Source: Pachysolen tannophilus NRRL Y-2460
Taxonomy: Eukaryota
Direction: 5' to 3'
NCBI GenBank assembly: GCA_001661245.1
Contig: KV454015.1
Coordinates: forward strand, 918,924-982,923
DNA: 64,000 nt
This document shows positions 10,506 to 22,200 of the stretch, one piece after another. A program made the translations under genes and the position numbers. The stretch's first letter is position 1. Every line of letters begins with the position of its first letter. The notes beneath the pieces were generated by a model, which saw only the letters and a list, made by a program, of their open reading frames with translations, searched no databases and was not told the origin of the DNA.

Positions 10506-12554
10506 ATGTCAGATTTAGATCAATTGGCCATTAATACTATTAGACTTTTAGCTGTTGATGCAGTTGCAAAGGCAAATTCTGGTCACCCAGGTGCACCAAT
10601 GGGTTTAGCACCAGCTGCTCATGTTTTGTTTCAACAAATGAGATTCAATCCAAAAGATCCAGCTTGGTTGAATCGTGATAGATTTGTCTTGTCCAATGGA
10701 CATGCATGTGCTTTGTTGTATTCGTTATTACACCTTTTCGGTTATGATTTGGGAATTGAGGATTTAAAACAATTTAGACAATTACATTCCAAGACCCCTG
10801 GTCATCCAGAACGTGGAATTCCAGGTGTTGAGGTTACTACTGGTCCTTTGGGTCAAGGTGTTGGTAATGCGGTTGGTATTGCCATTGCTCAAAAACATGT
10901 TGCTGCCAAATTCAACAAACCACAATTCTCATTGATTGATGGTTATACATATTGTTTTTTCGGTGATGGTTGTATGATGGAAGGTGTTGCCTCTGAAGCT
11001 GCATCCTTAGCAGGCCATTTACAATTGGGTAATTTGATTTGTTTTTACGATGATAACCACATTTCTATTGATGGTGATACCAAATTTGCTTTTACTGAAG
11101 ATGTCGGTAAAAGATTGGAAGCTTATGGCTGGCACGTAATCACAGTTAAAGATGCTAACACTGATTTAGCTGGTATTGCTGCTGCTATTGAAGAGGCCAA
11201 GAAGGTTACTGATAAACCTTCATGTATTAGATTGGTTACTACTATTGGTTTTGGTTCTTTACAAGCTGGTACCGGTAGTGTCCATGGTTCTCCATTAAAA
11301 CCAGATGATATTATTCAAGTAAAGAAGAAGTTTGGTTTTGATCCAGAAAAGACTTTTTACGTTCCAAAAGAAGTTTATGAATTATATGCAAAGACTTCTA
11401 AAGCCGGTGCTGCTGCAGAACAAGAATGGCAACAACTTTTTGCTAAATATCAACAACAATATCCAGAATTAGGTGAAGAATTAGCAAGAAGATTAACTGA
11501 TAAATTACCACAAGGTTGGGAAAAAGCATTACCAAGATATACTCCACAGGACAAGGCTCTCGCCACAAGAAAATTATCAGAAATGGTTTTGACAAGTATC
11601 AGCGATATCGTTCCAGAACTTATAGGTGGTTCTGCAGATTTAACTCCTTCAAACTTGACAAGAGTTTCTAATGCTGTTGATTTCCAACCACCATCTTTGA
11701 AGATTGGTGATTATAGCGGACGTTATATTCGTTTTGGTGTCAGAGAACATGGTATGGGTGCTATCATGAATGGTATTGCTGCCTTTGGTTCAAACTTGAG
11801 ACCATTTGGTGGAACTTTCTTAAACTTTGTCTCATATGCTGCTGGTGCATTGAGATTAGCTGCACTTTCTCACCACCCAGTCATATGGGTTGCAACACAC
11901 GACTCTATTGGTTTGGGTGAAGATGGTCCAACCCATCAACCTATTGAAACTTTAGCCCATTTTAGAGCTATTCCAAACTTGATGGTTTGGAGACCAGCTG
12001 ATGGTAATGAAGTCTCTGCTGCTTACTACAAATCATTATCATCTGAAAAGACTCCATCCGTTATTGCCTTGAGTAGACAAAACTTGCCACAATTGGAAGG
12101 TTCTTCTATTGAAAAAGCTGCTAAAGGTGGTTACACCTTAGTATCAACCGATAAGCCAGATGTTATCTTGGTTGCATCTGGTTCTGAAGTTTCAATTTCA
12201 GTTGAAGCTGCTAAAGTCTTGGCTAATAAGGGAATTAAGGCCAATGTTGTCTCTATTCCTGACTTTTTCACCTTTGACAGACAACCAAGAGACTATCAAT
12301 TGTCTGTATTACCAAATGGTGTTCCAAGTTTGTCTGTTGAAGTCATGTCTACTCTGGGTTGGTCCAAATATTCTCATGAACAATTTGGTATCAATACTTT
12401 TGGTGCTTCTGGTAAGGCTGCTGATATTTACAAAAGTTTTGAATTCACTCCAGAAGGTATTGCTGATAGAGCTGAGAAGACTTACAACTTCTACAAAGGT
12501 CATGAATTATTGTCACCTTTGAATAAGGCTTTTGAATCAATTCACTACTTCTAA
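10506..12554 (+). CDS. TKL1: Transketolase
   Basis: SGHPGAPMG, RDRFVLSNGH, TPP-binding GDGCMMEG, THDSIGLGEDGPTHQP. Confidence 0.98.
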   Translation: MSDLDQLAINTIRLLAVDAVAKANSGHPGAPMGLAPAAHVLFQQMRFNPKDPAWLNRDRFVLSNGHACALLYSLLHLFGYDLGIEDLKQFRQLHSKTPGHPERGIPGVEVTTGPLGQGVGNAVGIAIAQKHVAAKFNKPQFSLIDGYTYCFFGDGCMMEGVASEAASLAGHLQLGNLICFYDDNHISIDGDTKFAFTEDVGKRLEAYGWHVITVKDANTDLAGIAAAIEEAKKVTDKPSCIRLVTTIGFGSLQAGTGSVHGSPLKPDDIIQVKKKFGFDPEKTFYVPKEVYELYAKTSKAGAAAEQEWQQLFAKYQQQYPELGEELARRLTDKLPQGWEKALPRYTPQDKALATRKLSEMVLTSISDIVPELIGGSADLTPSNLTRVSNAVDFQPPSLKIGDYSGRYIRFGVREHGMGAIMNGIAAFGSNLRPFGGTFLNFVSYAAGALRLAALSHHPVIWVATHDSIGLGEDGPTHQPIETLAHFRAIPNLMVWRPADGNEVSAAYYKSLSSEKTPSVIALSRQNLPQLEGSSIEKAAKGGYTLVSTDKPDVILVASGSEVSISVEAAKVLANKGIKANVVSIPDFFTFDRQPRDYQLSVLPNGVPSLSVEVMSTLGWSKYSHEQFGINTFGASGKAADIYKSFEFTPEGIADRAEKTYNFYKGHELLSPLNKAFESIHYF

Positions 12555-12792
12555 TAAAAGAAAAGAGATTTTAAAAAATTGAATTTAAACAGTGCGTTAA
12601 GTTTTTAACGAATTATTATATATATATATATTTTTTTTCACCTTTTTGCCTTTTCTTTCTTTTCTTTTCTTTTCTTTTAATGATGATAGCAAATAAATTT
12701 TGTGTGCACAATAAAAAAAATATTTTATATGATCATTAAATTACCTAGATGATTATATATTTATGAAAGTATGGAATTTATCAAGTTTAGAA

Positions 12793-14211
12793 CTAGTAGT
12801 TGAATAAAAAGCAAATGGAATTAAATAAAATGCTTAATATTGTAGTAACTTTAGTAACCCACCAGACATGTTGAACAGTAAATGGACATAAAGTATAATG
12901 AAATTCCCAATCTTGCGCCTCTTTATTGAAATGAGCAGTCATTAACCCGCTATTTCCCCCAAATTCTCCCATCATTGAACGTACAACTATTTCCTTAACG
13001 TACTTATTCGATTCAATTTTTTTAGATGCAACCCATGTACCATTGTCTAACTTGTTATAAATGCTTTCGCAACCTTCATGATCATGTCCTGTTAGTATAA
13101 TACCAGATTTATCATTTTGGAAAATAGCATTCAATATATCTTGTGAAGATTGGTATTGCAAATGATTTTCTGATTTTATTTTACCAAACATATAATCTAT
13201 CTTTGAGTTTGATTCGTTAAAATATTCAACAAATGGAGCGTCAGCGCATATACCTTCTTCCTTATAAAAAGGTACATGAGTTAATAGTATAGTCGATCCA
13301 TTAAAAGGTCTTTCCTTCAACTTATTGACAAAGGACCAAGTATAATCAATAAACTTTTGTTCAATAAAAGGTCCATCAACTGCTAATGAATTTAAAACAA
13401 CAATTCTCCATGGGTGATCTGTACGTAAAGCATATTCTATAAAGAAATTATCTTTACCCATAATTTTGATAAACCTAGCCATGTGCTGATATGTAGCATC
13501 TCCATTCCCAATATCGTGATTTCCTGAGATATTAATGAACAACGGCTCATCGATTAAATTTGCACTAGTCCAATCATTTACATCTTCGTATCCAAACTGA
13601 AAAGAATCTGAATCCAAAGTAGCTTGAAACCAATTCATGAATTCACTCCAATTACAACCATCGTTTTCAGTTATGAACTCAAGAAGATCACCAGTATGCT
13701 CCTTAGGTCTTGGGAAAAGTCTAGTCATATATCTTTTAGAACGATTGAAAAATTCTCTATCCAAGATCCATTGAGATGAGAATAAATCACCCATTACACT
13801 TATATGGGTTGGCTTCAATCTTCTCTTCATAGTATTATAAATATGGCCTAAATAGTAATCATTTCCAAAAGTATCTAACCTGGTAATATAAGGAGTAGAG
13901 GGCCAGTTACCTTTAATTTGTGGATCTCCAAATAGCAACATTCTAATATCTTGAGGTGATTTACCATTTTTTAAGGTTAATTCTTTATCTATCCCGCTAG
14001 TCCCAACAAAATATTGATCAAACAAGTCACCTATATAAGGTACTGCTATCAATTTCTTCTGAAATGGACTCAATGTAGCTTCTGCTTCCTCTTTGTTAGG
14101 TAAATACCATGAACATTTATCTGAATTGAAACTTGGATACGTGTATATATAAAAGTTCAAAATTATTGCTACCGCGGTTAAAAAACTAGTCAATTTTCTA
14201 AATCCCGACAT
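12793..14211 (-). CDS. TED1: Metallophosphoesterase for GPI-glycan remodelling
   Basis: FGDPQI, GDLFSSQWI, GNHDIG, LLTHVPFYK, TGHDHEG; N- and C-terminal TM segments; first ATG at 14211. Confidence 0.9.
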   Translation of the reverse strand: MSGFRKLTSFLTAVAIILNFYIYTYPSFNSDKCSWYLPNKEEAEATLSPFQKKLIAVPYIGDLFDQYFVGTSGIDKELTLKNGKSPQDIRMLLFGDPQIKGNWPSTPYITRLDTFGNDYYLGHIYNTMKRRLKPTHISVMGDLFSSQWILDREFFNRSKRYMTRLFPRPKEHTGDLLEFITENDGCNWSEFMNWFQATLDSDSFQFGYEDVNDWTSANLIDEPLFINISGNHDIGNGDATYQHMARFIKIMGKDNFFIEYALRTDHPWRIVVLNSLAVDGPFIEQKFIDYTWSFVNKLKERPFNGSTILLTHVPFYKEEGICADAPFVEYFNESNSKIDYMFGKIKSENHLQYQSSQDILNAIFQNDKSGIILTGHDHEGCESIYNKLDNGTWVASKKIESNKYVKEIVVRSMMGEFGGNSGLMTAHFNKEAQDWEFHYTLCPFTVQHVWWVTKVTTILSILFNSICFLFNY

Positions 14212-14581
14212 TACCAAGTATCCCTTTAACACTTAATTGATATCAAAATCAAAGAATGAATAATACCACAGAAAAAGAAAAGTATTTTAGTTATTTATGT
14301 CTGGTATGAATGTATTTCCGGTATTTAAGATGAGATGTAGGCGCTGGTATAAATTTAGTGTTTACTTTTTCCAAGCTTTATCAAAATCGATGCACTTTAA
14401 AAAAACGATGCACTTGAAATTAAAAAAAGGCTTTAAATGAAATATTCATTTTATTTAAATTGTTGAGCTTTCTTTTCTTAATTGAAAGCTAAACTATTTG
14501 AAAAGTACAGACTAATGTAAAAATAATAATGACAAAAATAAAAACAGAAAAAACTAAAATTGCAGAAAGAAACAATTGAAC

Positions 14582-17500
14582 TCAATATCCTCCATAATTA
14601 GTATAACCAGCACTGCCAGCATACCCACCATAGTTTGAAGTATAACCTCCACGAGGAACTGCTACTGGAACTCTTCCCTGTTGTCTCATCATCTTCTTTT
14701 CATTGACCTTATTAATCATAATTTGCTTGAAACCGTTACACAAACTGGTCATATCAGGATAAACATTTCCTGATAATAAGTATCCGTTTGGTAATGCCTT
14801 AACGTTCCAAGTAGTTATTGGTGAGTTAACACTTGTTTTAAATAACAAATAGAACCATCCAGGAGCTTTTCTATTATAACAGAAAGTGTAACAACTTCTA
14901 TTTTGATTGGCTTCAGAATACTTATTTAACCAATCTTTAACTTCTTCCAATGGGTTTTTCCTGAACTTCTCATGAGAAACCATCAGATCGATAGATGCTG
15001 TAAGTTCCTCAACATATTTAGCAACAACTTCATCCATATCTTCAAATGTCTCCTTATCTATTCTGTAAGATGTAGTATTGTTTAATTGGTTTCTTACTTG
15101 AACAACAACAATATGTTGAAATAATTGATTTGCAATCTTGAGTGTAATGGTGAAATGATTTTCACCCAAAGAAGACGGTCTTATTACACATTCTCCAATC
15201 ATTCTTGGAGCTAAATATTCTTCAGCTTGGCGTGAATTGAAATTGTGGAAAAGTGGATGTTGCAATATTTGTGTAGACCTTCTTTCTGAATTCTCTCTCT
15301 CCTTTTCTAACTGAATATCTTCGTACTCTGCTTTGAAATCCCATAAATCGTCTATCTTATATGGTTTAGGTTGTTCAGAATAAAGCTGAATATCCTGCTT
15401 TAACAAGGACACCTCACATTTAAATTGATAGTAATCACATCTTGTAACAACACCTTGAACAGTTTGACCAATATTATATTCTCTGCCGTTCGAGTAATCA
15501 ATCTTATCACCATTTATTTTACAATCGACCTCAAATTGTGTTAATCCAATCATAAACCTGTTATCAACTCTCCTTAAGTTAATTGGTAATATAGTTCCAA
15601 CATTAAAAGTTTCCTTGGTCTCGCCAGTTAACATATGGAAAATTTCCGCCTCAGTCAACTTGTGGAAAGATCTTCTCAATTCTTCGTAGTGATGTTGTAA
15701 TTCTTCTTTGATCATCTGTAATGTGGCACGCTTTTTCAAATGAAATTTTGCCTCCAATTCATTACCATAATCTTCTAAAACTAATTCATTCAATTTATCA
15801 ACACCATCGCTTAGTAACTGGTTAATAATACTACCTCCGTTTTCATTGATATCAGCAATATCTTCTTCGTCCAATTCCAATGCATCGGACGCCATTTTAA
15901 TAGCCAATTCATAATCCTGCGGATGAATTCTCGTAGCATCTAACGGATCAGTGTCTGAGCTTGTTATAGTTCTATTGTTATATGGGATTTTTAAGAACGA
16001 AGCGCAATTCAAAAAGACATATTTCGAAGTTATCTGTTGAGTGATTAAATCAGATCTGTTATTCAAAGTGGATCCTTTATTTTGAATGCTTTGTATTATA
16101 CCGCTTGCCTTACGTGGACCTAACCCGGAAATATAAGGTAATTCTAAGGCCAAATATTCATCTCTAACAGCCTCGTTGATATCGACACCAACCATATTTA
16201 CAATGTCAACAAGTGATGTCGTAACAGCGTCTTTTAATTTTTCTGGAGAAATGAGTGATTGGAACTTATGTATGGATAAAGAAGGAAGATTTTCTCCCAA
16301 AGCAATATATTCTAATAATGGTTGTTGAACATATTTAGCAATGCCAATAACAAACTTTGCTAAACTTGATTTACCAGGATAATCATTCAGCCCTCTTTTA
16401 GAATTTTCATATAATCTTGCTGTTTCATTATTGACCCATAGTAATTCTAATAATGGCGGTTGACCAGTTTCAAATTCTAAATCATCATCATCATTGACAG
16501 TAAGCTTTGTGTTTTCAACAATCTTGGATAACTTAGAATACAATATTGTGGCAGTACTAACATTACAACCGGAAACAGCAATAACATCTGGTTTATTTTT
16601 TTGAACTAGCTTTATGAATGTAGCGTCAAATTCGTCATCTTTGACATATTCTTCAAACTTTACGAGATCGATTAATTTCCCTTCATCGTCCAACATTGCA
16701 GAAATAACAGCATCGGATCTTGTACCGTTTCGGAAACTTACTGATAACACTCTAGGGATAGTTCCTTTTTCAAAACCTTTTGGTTGATAAGGAGCCTGGT
16801 CAATTTTTTTGGCAAAATTCTTTCTGATTTCAAAATAAATTTTAGTTTCACAATCCCTTCTAATATTTTCCTTTATATTCAAAGATACTAATGGAACAAG
16901 TTTTTTTATAGCAATATTAAGAGCATCATATCTAAGTTTATTCCAAGAAGAAGCAATATCTGAAGAATAATCTGATTTTAAGTAAGTGTTGAAAGCATGG
17001 TTTGTATAACTTTGCAAGTCAAAGTTAATCTTGATAACAACATATCCCATGCTTTCAGCTTCAAGCATCCTTAAAAACAAGTCTGGTTTTGAGATGAAGG
17101 AAGTTATCGGGTAATTTATGAGATACTTGAAATCTGCATAAGGACCACTAGAATCAATCTTAAGTCTACCCTTTTCGGTCAATACTATATCAACTTTAGC
17201 ATATTTTTCATAATTGGATCTAACTTCTGATCTGAATTTTGGATTTGTGAATAATTGTTCAGCAAAATAATTTTTAACACCTTCAACAGCTTGATCTACG
17301 GTACCAAATAAAGAATCTGCTTTCTCTATTACTTCTTTGGCCATATCTTCGGGGCTTAAATCAGCATCTTCCGTAGTATAGAATTTAGATTGAGTAACTA
17401 AGTTTTCAACAAATTCAGAAGCTTTAATACCGATTGATCTGATAACATGAAAAATTCCATCCAGTCTGATTTTTTCATAGATTGCATATCTCGAATGTTT

Positions 17501-19006
17501 CTTTTTCTTTCCCTTTGAAGTTGTTGTTAATTCTGAGTCATCATCTTCAGGAGCTGTTATAGTTAATGATTTATCTTTCAACTCAGTAGAATAAACAAAA
17601 TTTATATATTCATTTAAATCTTGTAATTCTATCATTGATTTAGCATTTGCAATTTGATCTTGATAGGTACCATCATAAACGTTTAATGGTTCAAATGTTT
17701 TTGCTATTGAAATTTTTGTATCGTTAAAGTTATGGAAATCGATATCTAATTGTACAATTCTCCATAATTCATCTTCTTGTAATAATTTTTGAACACTTAA
17801 AGTACCATCAGGTCTCCTTAAAGTGTGTAACAAATAATCACGACGATGATTCCAAATAAATGGTACTTCACAATTTTCTTTAACAATTAAACCTAATACG
17901 TATCCCACGGAATTTTTAAAAGGTTCTAGTATTGCAGGGTTAGAATTAATTAAATCCGATTTAAATTTGATCATTTCTTCTGCAACCCATTCTTTTTCTT
18001 GATTAAACTCTTCATCATCCAACTGATATTTTTTAATATTTTTACGAAGTTCTTGATAACGTTCAGGAACATCAGTAACACGGACAATGTTATCTTCCGC
18101 AGTTAACATTCTTTCCTTTAACTCTGAAGGTTCAAAGACATCTGCCAATTCTGTTGGTTGTTGTTCATTATCTTCATTGAAATCCCCAGTTTCTTCTTCA
18201 CCTTCTAAAGCCCATTCATAATCTTCACCATCACCCAAGATTTCATACAACTCATCTAATTTTTCTTTATCAATCAGAGAAACGTGCTGACTAATCATTT
18301 GGTTATTAATTTGAGGGACCCTATTAGTGGTTCTTCTTTCAGTTTGACCTTCTTCATCTGAAAATTCATCTTCTTCAATAAAATCATCAAATTCATCATT
18401 GAAAGCAGTCCTTGGTGCAAATCCAACCTCATCACCTTCAGCAACATCTTCTTCAACATCAGAAAACATGTCAGTTAAACCTCTACGATGAGCTTCTTCT
18501 GCAGCTTCTCTGTCCAGATCAGATCCATCATGAAGATTAGCAAGTTCATTTTCACCTTCCTGATCATTACCTTCAAGACCAGCCTTCACAAGACGTCTTA
18601 TCTTTGGCTTGGATTTTGCACCCACTGGTTTGGCACCAGAGTTCTCCAATAATAATTCCAAATCATCTTCATCTAATTTATCTATATCTTCCAACTCTTT
18701 TCTTCTTCTAGCCTCCAGTTCTTTTCTCTTCTTTCTACGATGTTTTTTTCTCTTACGATTTATTTCTTCCTCATCATCATCATCATCCACAATAAATCCC
18801 TCAGAAACTTTTTTAATTTCATCCTCATCCTCATCTTCATCATCATCCTCTTCAGAAGAATCGGTTAACCCATCATCATCATCTTCATCAAGAGCTTCAT
18901 CATCTAAATGTTTATTATCATTTCGCTTATCTTTATATCCTTCATCTTCAACATCAGAAAAATCATCCTTGATCTCTCTCTCATCACCACTTATTTCATT
19001 AGACAT
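14582..19006 (-). CDS. SPT6: Transcription elongation factor / histone chaperone Spt6
   Basis: Acidic N-terminus with GFIVDD, DVPER, GLGPRKA (HhH), LDATRIHP, tandem SH2 (HPLFHNFN...IRPSS); first ATG at 19006. Confidence 0.96.
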   Translation of the reverse strand: MSNEISGDEREIKDDFSDVEDEGYKDKRNDNKHLDDEALDEDDDDGLTDSSEEDDDEDEDEDEIKKVSEGFIVDDDDDEEEINRKRKKHRRKKRKELEARRRKELEDIDKLDEDDLELLLENSGAKPVGAKSKPKIRRLVKAGLEGNDQEGENELANLHDGSDLDREAAEEAHRRGLTDMFSDVEEDVAEGDEVGFAPRTAFNDEFDDFIEEDEFSDEEGQTERRTTNRVPQINNQMISQHVSLIDKEKLDELYEILGDGEDYEWALEGEEETGDFNEDNEQQPTELADVFEPSELKERMLTAEDNIVRVTDVPERYQELRKNIKKYQLDDEEFNQEKEWVAEEMIKFKSDLINSNPAILEPFKNSVGYVLGLIVKENCEVPFIWNHRRDYLLHTLRRPDGTLSVQKLLQEDELWRIVQLDIDFHNFNDTKISIAKTFEPLNVYDGTYQDQIANAKSMIELQDLNEYINFVYSTELKDKSLTITAPEDDDSELTTTSKGKKKKHSRYAIYEKIRLDGIFHVIRSIGIKASEFVENLVTQSKFYTTEDADLSPEDMAKEVIEKADSLFGTVDQAVEGVKNYFAEQLFTNPKFRSEVRSNYEKYAKVDIVLTEKGRLKIDSSGPYADFKYLINYPITSFISKPDLFLRMLEAESMGYVVIKINFDLQSYTNHAFNTYLKSDYSSDIASSWNKLRYDALNIAIKKLVPLVSLNIKENIRRDCETKIYFEIRKNFAKKIDQAPYQPKGFEKGTIPRVLSVSFRNGTRSDAVISAMLDDEGKLIDLVKFEEYVKDDEFDATFIKLVQKNKPDVIAVSGCNVSTATILYSKLSKIVENTKLTVNDDDDLEFETGQPPLLELLWVNNETARLYENSKRGLNDYPGKSSLAKFVIGIAKYVQQPLLEYIALGENLPSLSIHKFQSLISPEKLKDAVTTSLVDIVNMVGVDINEAVRDEYLALELPYISGLGPRKASGIIQSIQNKGSTLNNRSDLITQQITSKYVFLNCASFLKIPYNNRTITSSDTDPLDATRIHPQDYELAIKMASDALELDEEDIADINENGGSIINQLLSDGVDKLNELVLEDYGNELEAKFHLKKRATLQMIKEELQHHYEELRRSFHKLTEAEIFHMLTGETKETFNVGTILPINLRRVDNRFMIGLTQFEVDCKINGDKIDYSNGREYNIGQTVQGVVTRCDYYQFKCEVSLLKQDIQLYSEQPKPYKIDDLWDFKAEYEDIQLEKERENSERRSTQILQHPLFHNFNSRQAEEYLAPRMIGECVIRPSSLGENHFTITLKIANQLFQHIVVVQVRNQLNNTTSYRIDKETFEDMDEVVAKYVEELTASIDLMVSHEKFRKNPLEEVKDWLNKYSEANQNRSCYTFCYNRKAPGWFYLLFKTSVNSPITTWNVKALPNGYLLSGNVYPDMTSLCNGFKQIMINKVNEKKMMRQQGRVPVAVPRGGYTSNYGGYAGSAGYTNYGGY

Positions 19007-19384
19007 CTTATCTTCTGTTAACAGAAAACGATGAAAACTCAATAGATTAATTAGAAAATAAATACATTAAACTTTATATATATATATATATATATTTATA
19101 TGTTGACCATCTTTCTTTCAATTTTTTGGTTAAAAAAAGTTGTTGAAAACTTTTTGACTTTTTTTTCGAAATACAAAACTGGGGCGCTCTACAAAGGCTT
19201 CAATTTACAACCGACGACGACGACAACGACAAGATGAATAATTATTATAAATAAATATTATTTCTATACACTTTAAGAATACTCCATATTCTATTATTAT
19301 TTCCCGAGACTATGACCAGCTCATTGAATGAATAACCTAACCCGTTTTTTTTTAAAAAATTTTTTTTTAACCTTTTCTTGAAAT

Positions 19385-19996
19385 TTATAGAGCTGAACCT
19401 CTTTCAAAAGATTCTTTGATTTCCTTGGTAAACTCTCCATAATGGCGGTTCAACTTTTCATTAAACTGTCTGTTCTTGTCGTTGATGAACGAAGTTGAAT
19501 CTCTATCTTTAGATTTATTCATCTTACTCAATTTTCTAGCATTCTTGTGTTTGAAATCACTCAAGAGGATATTTATTTTTTCCTTTGAAGGTTTATGATT
19601 GAAATCCATACCATTATTGGCATCGTTGTGTTTTTTCTCTTTTTCATAGAGTTCTAAATCGATTTTCACTTTTTTATTCTCTTTCAAATATGTATTTTCA
19701 GCTAATTCGTTAAAACCTTGATATTCAGACCCAAGTTTCTTGTGCTTTATAACATCACGTTCAGCATCTTGTTCTAATTCCTGAATTGTCTTTGCCCATA
19801 TTTTATCATCTTTTTGTTTTTTGGAATCTAATGAATTGGAATCCGAATTTTCTTCATCTATATTTAAACTATCATTTTTATGTGTCGTTGCTTTACTCCT
19901 CTGTTGCTCTTTCATTAATTCTTTTCGATTAAGCAAAGTCAACTGCAGTTTTTTCTGCTTCAACTCCTTGAGCTTGGATATCCTATTCACCGGCAT
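19385..19996 (-). CDS. SYF2: Pre-mRNA splicing factor Syf2 (NTC)
   Basis: C-terminal SFINDKNRQFNEKLNRHY...IKESFERGSAL signature. Confidence 0.9.
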   Translation of the reverse strand: MPVNRISKLKELKQKKLQLTLLNRKELMKEQQRSKATTHKNDSLNIDEENSDSNSLDSKKQKDDKIWAKTIQELEQDAERDVIKHKKLGSEYQGFNELAENTYLKENKKVKIDLELYEKEKKHNDANNGMDFNHKPSKEKINILLSDFKHKNARKLSKMNKSKDRDSTSFINDKNRQFNEKLNRHYGEFTKEIKESFERGSAL

Positions 19997-20205
19997 TCCG
20001 ATCCACTTGCTATCGCTATACCTATTAAATTTTTTGTTGTATTATCTTTTATTTAAATGATAATTTAATTAAAAAGTTGAAAAAAAAAAAATTTAAAAAA
20101 AAAGAAGAAAAATTTATTATGTACAAAGATATATATATTGTAGTTAGGTATTAAATATATCTTTTTGTCTTTTATATATTGATTTTATAAAATTGAATCT
20201 CAAGA

Positions 20206-21948
20206 ATGAACACAGATAGCTTATTCAATTCTAAGAAACATAAGATAAAAGATGTGGATGATAGTGATAATGATGCTGAAGATGTACAGAGAAAGTTTGT
20301 CAGGATGCAAGGTGAACCAGTTGGTGAAGTACGAATTTTGAAATATATTGAAGATTTAGGTCCTGAACAAAAAGATGAGGTTTACGATTCTAGTTGGTTA
20401 AATAAAACTTTAAACAGGTTGAATAAGGCTATTGTTAAGAATTCAGAATTGAGATCAAAACATGGTTCTAACCCTTCTAATTTTGTTGAATCTGAATTCG
20501 AATTGAATCAATCAATTAAAAATCTTTCTGGTTTAAGTTTAATTGATGATTTAGCAAAGAAACAAGAGCTTTTAAATTTTTTTTACCAAAATATGGTTAC
20601 TTTGGATTTGATTTCATTGATTGACAATCACCCGAATCTTGATATTTCAAGTCAAGTTGTTAGAATTTTTAACGATATTATTGATGAAGAAGATGATGAA
20701 GATGATAAAGAATTTGAAGATCAAAATGAAGAAATTAGATTGGGACTAGCAAATTTCTTGTCTAATTCAAGATTTGTAGAATCATTGACAAAATATTTTT
20801 TCAACTTACAGAAAACAATTTCAGATCCAACAATTTTGCAAAGTTATAAACTGGAATTGTTAGAATGTTTATCAATTTGTTTGAATATTTTCATAAATTT
20901 AGTAAACTTGGGAAACTTAAAACTTAATGAAATTTTAATTAAAAATGGAAAATTGATGGAATTTTTAATTTCTCAAATTAAAGTTGAAATAAATTCAATT
21001 GATGTTAATTCACAATATATTGCAGAATTTTTATCAAATCTCTTGATTAAAATTAGTGAAGTTTCTTTTAAAATAATAGAAACTGAAATATTGTTTAAAT
21101 ATAACATCGTTGAAAATTTACTTATTATGGTTTCTAAATTACTTAAATTTGATACCGAAATTGATAATTTCAAAGATGAACAAAAAGAATTTTTAGAAAA
21201 TAATATTGATTCATTATGTTTATTATTAAATATTTCTAATGTTTCTAAGAAACATTTTCAAGTAAATGAAGGATTAGAATTAATATTTTTAATATTAAAC
21301 AAGACAAATAACAAATACTTTATTGGAATTTGTGTAAAAATTTTATCAAATTTAATCAAATTTACCTTAACCGATGAACCCGATGATATTGTTTATGCAA
21401 TCATACTACAGATGATTAATGGAAACGGTTGCTTAAAACCATTATTCAAATTATACAAATCATACAATGACGATGAAGAAATTTTGAAAAACCTAAACAA
21501 TATCATACTATCTTTTTCTAAAAATCTATCCATGGATTCTAATGAAAGAATCAGATTAGTAAATAAATTTGTTGATAAAAATTTTTATTACCTGAAAAAA
21601 ATTCTCAGCTTAAGATCAAGTTTAAAAAATAAATCCAAGATAAGAGAATCACAAATTTACATAATAAATCAAATCACACTAATTTTACTGTGGTTATGTG
21701 CCATATTAGTCGATTATGATTATGAGTTATTCAAACAATTGAAGAATCGATTAAATCTAAAAGAAGATTTAAAATTGGATGATTACAGGCTCAAAATCGA
21801 ACAATTTATCGAGTTTTCGGATAGTGGTACCATTGCTCAACATCCGAAACCACCAAGTACCATAGATGAGTTGTTTTTCAAGGATTACATAGAAACGCTT
21901 AAAATCCTTCAGGAACTATCTCGCACTAATTATCAAGAAATTGCATGA
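20206..21948 (+). CDS. CTNNBL1: Beta-catenin-like protein 1 (Prp19/CDC5L complex)
   Basis: KAIVKNSELRSKH..NPSNFVESEFEL, HPNLDIS, EQKEFLEN, EGLELI, RIRLVNKFVDK; helical ARM-like composition. Confidence 0.82.
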   Translation: MNTDSLFNSKKHKIKDVDDSDNDAEDVQRKFVRMQGEPVGEVRILKYIEDLGPEQKDEVYDSSWLNKTLNRLNKAIVKNSELRSKHGSNPSNFVESEFELNQSIKNLSGLSLIDDLAKKQELLNFFYQNMVTLDLISLIDNHPNLDISSQVVRIFNDIIDEEDDEDDKEFEDQNEEIRLGLANFLSNSRFVESLTKYFFNLQKTISDPTILQSYKLELLECLSICLNIFINLVNLGNLKLNEILIKNGKLMEFLISQIKVEINSIDVNSQYIAEFLSNLLIKISEVSFKIIETEILFKYNIVENLLIMVSKLLKFDTEIDNFKDEQKEFLENNIDSLCLLLNISNVSKKHFQVNEGLELIFLILNKTNNKYFIGICVKILSNLIKFTLTDEPDDIVYAIILQMINGNGCLKPLFKLYKSYNDDEEILKNLNNIILSFSKNLSMDSNERIRLVNKFVDKNFYYLKKILSLRSSLKNKSKIRESQIYIINQITLILLWLCAILVDYDYELFKQLKNRLNLKEDLKLDDYRLKIEQFIEFSDSGTIAQHPKPPSTIDELFFKDYIETLKILQELSRTNYQEIA

Positions 21949-22200
21949 ACTTATTTTTTAAATCTTTTCTCTTTTTCTTTTTCTTTTTTTTCTTTTTCGG
22001 AGGTTATCTTTCCCCGTCATTGAATAATAACGTACAATGTATTTAATACTAATAACCCTAAAAAAAAGAAGGTGATTATTTTTTTATTTCTTTTAGCATT
22101 TTTATGCATGCTGCATATAAAAGCCGATGAGATGCCCACTTACTTTGTATCAATAAAGAGGTCCAGTTCATCTTTATATTTATTTATTGCTGGCAATAAT

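Noticed and set aside
18609..19034. Antisense Ser-rich ORF and similar shadow ORFs inside PIM1, BCK1, COG4, ARG1 and the adhesin
   Set aside because: Reverse-strand shadows of real genes.
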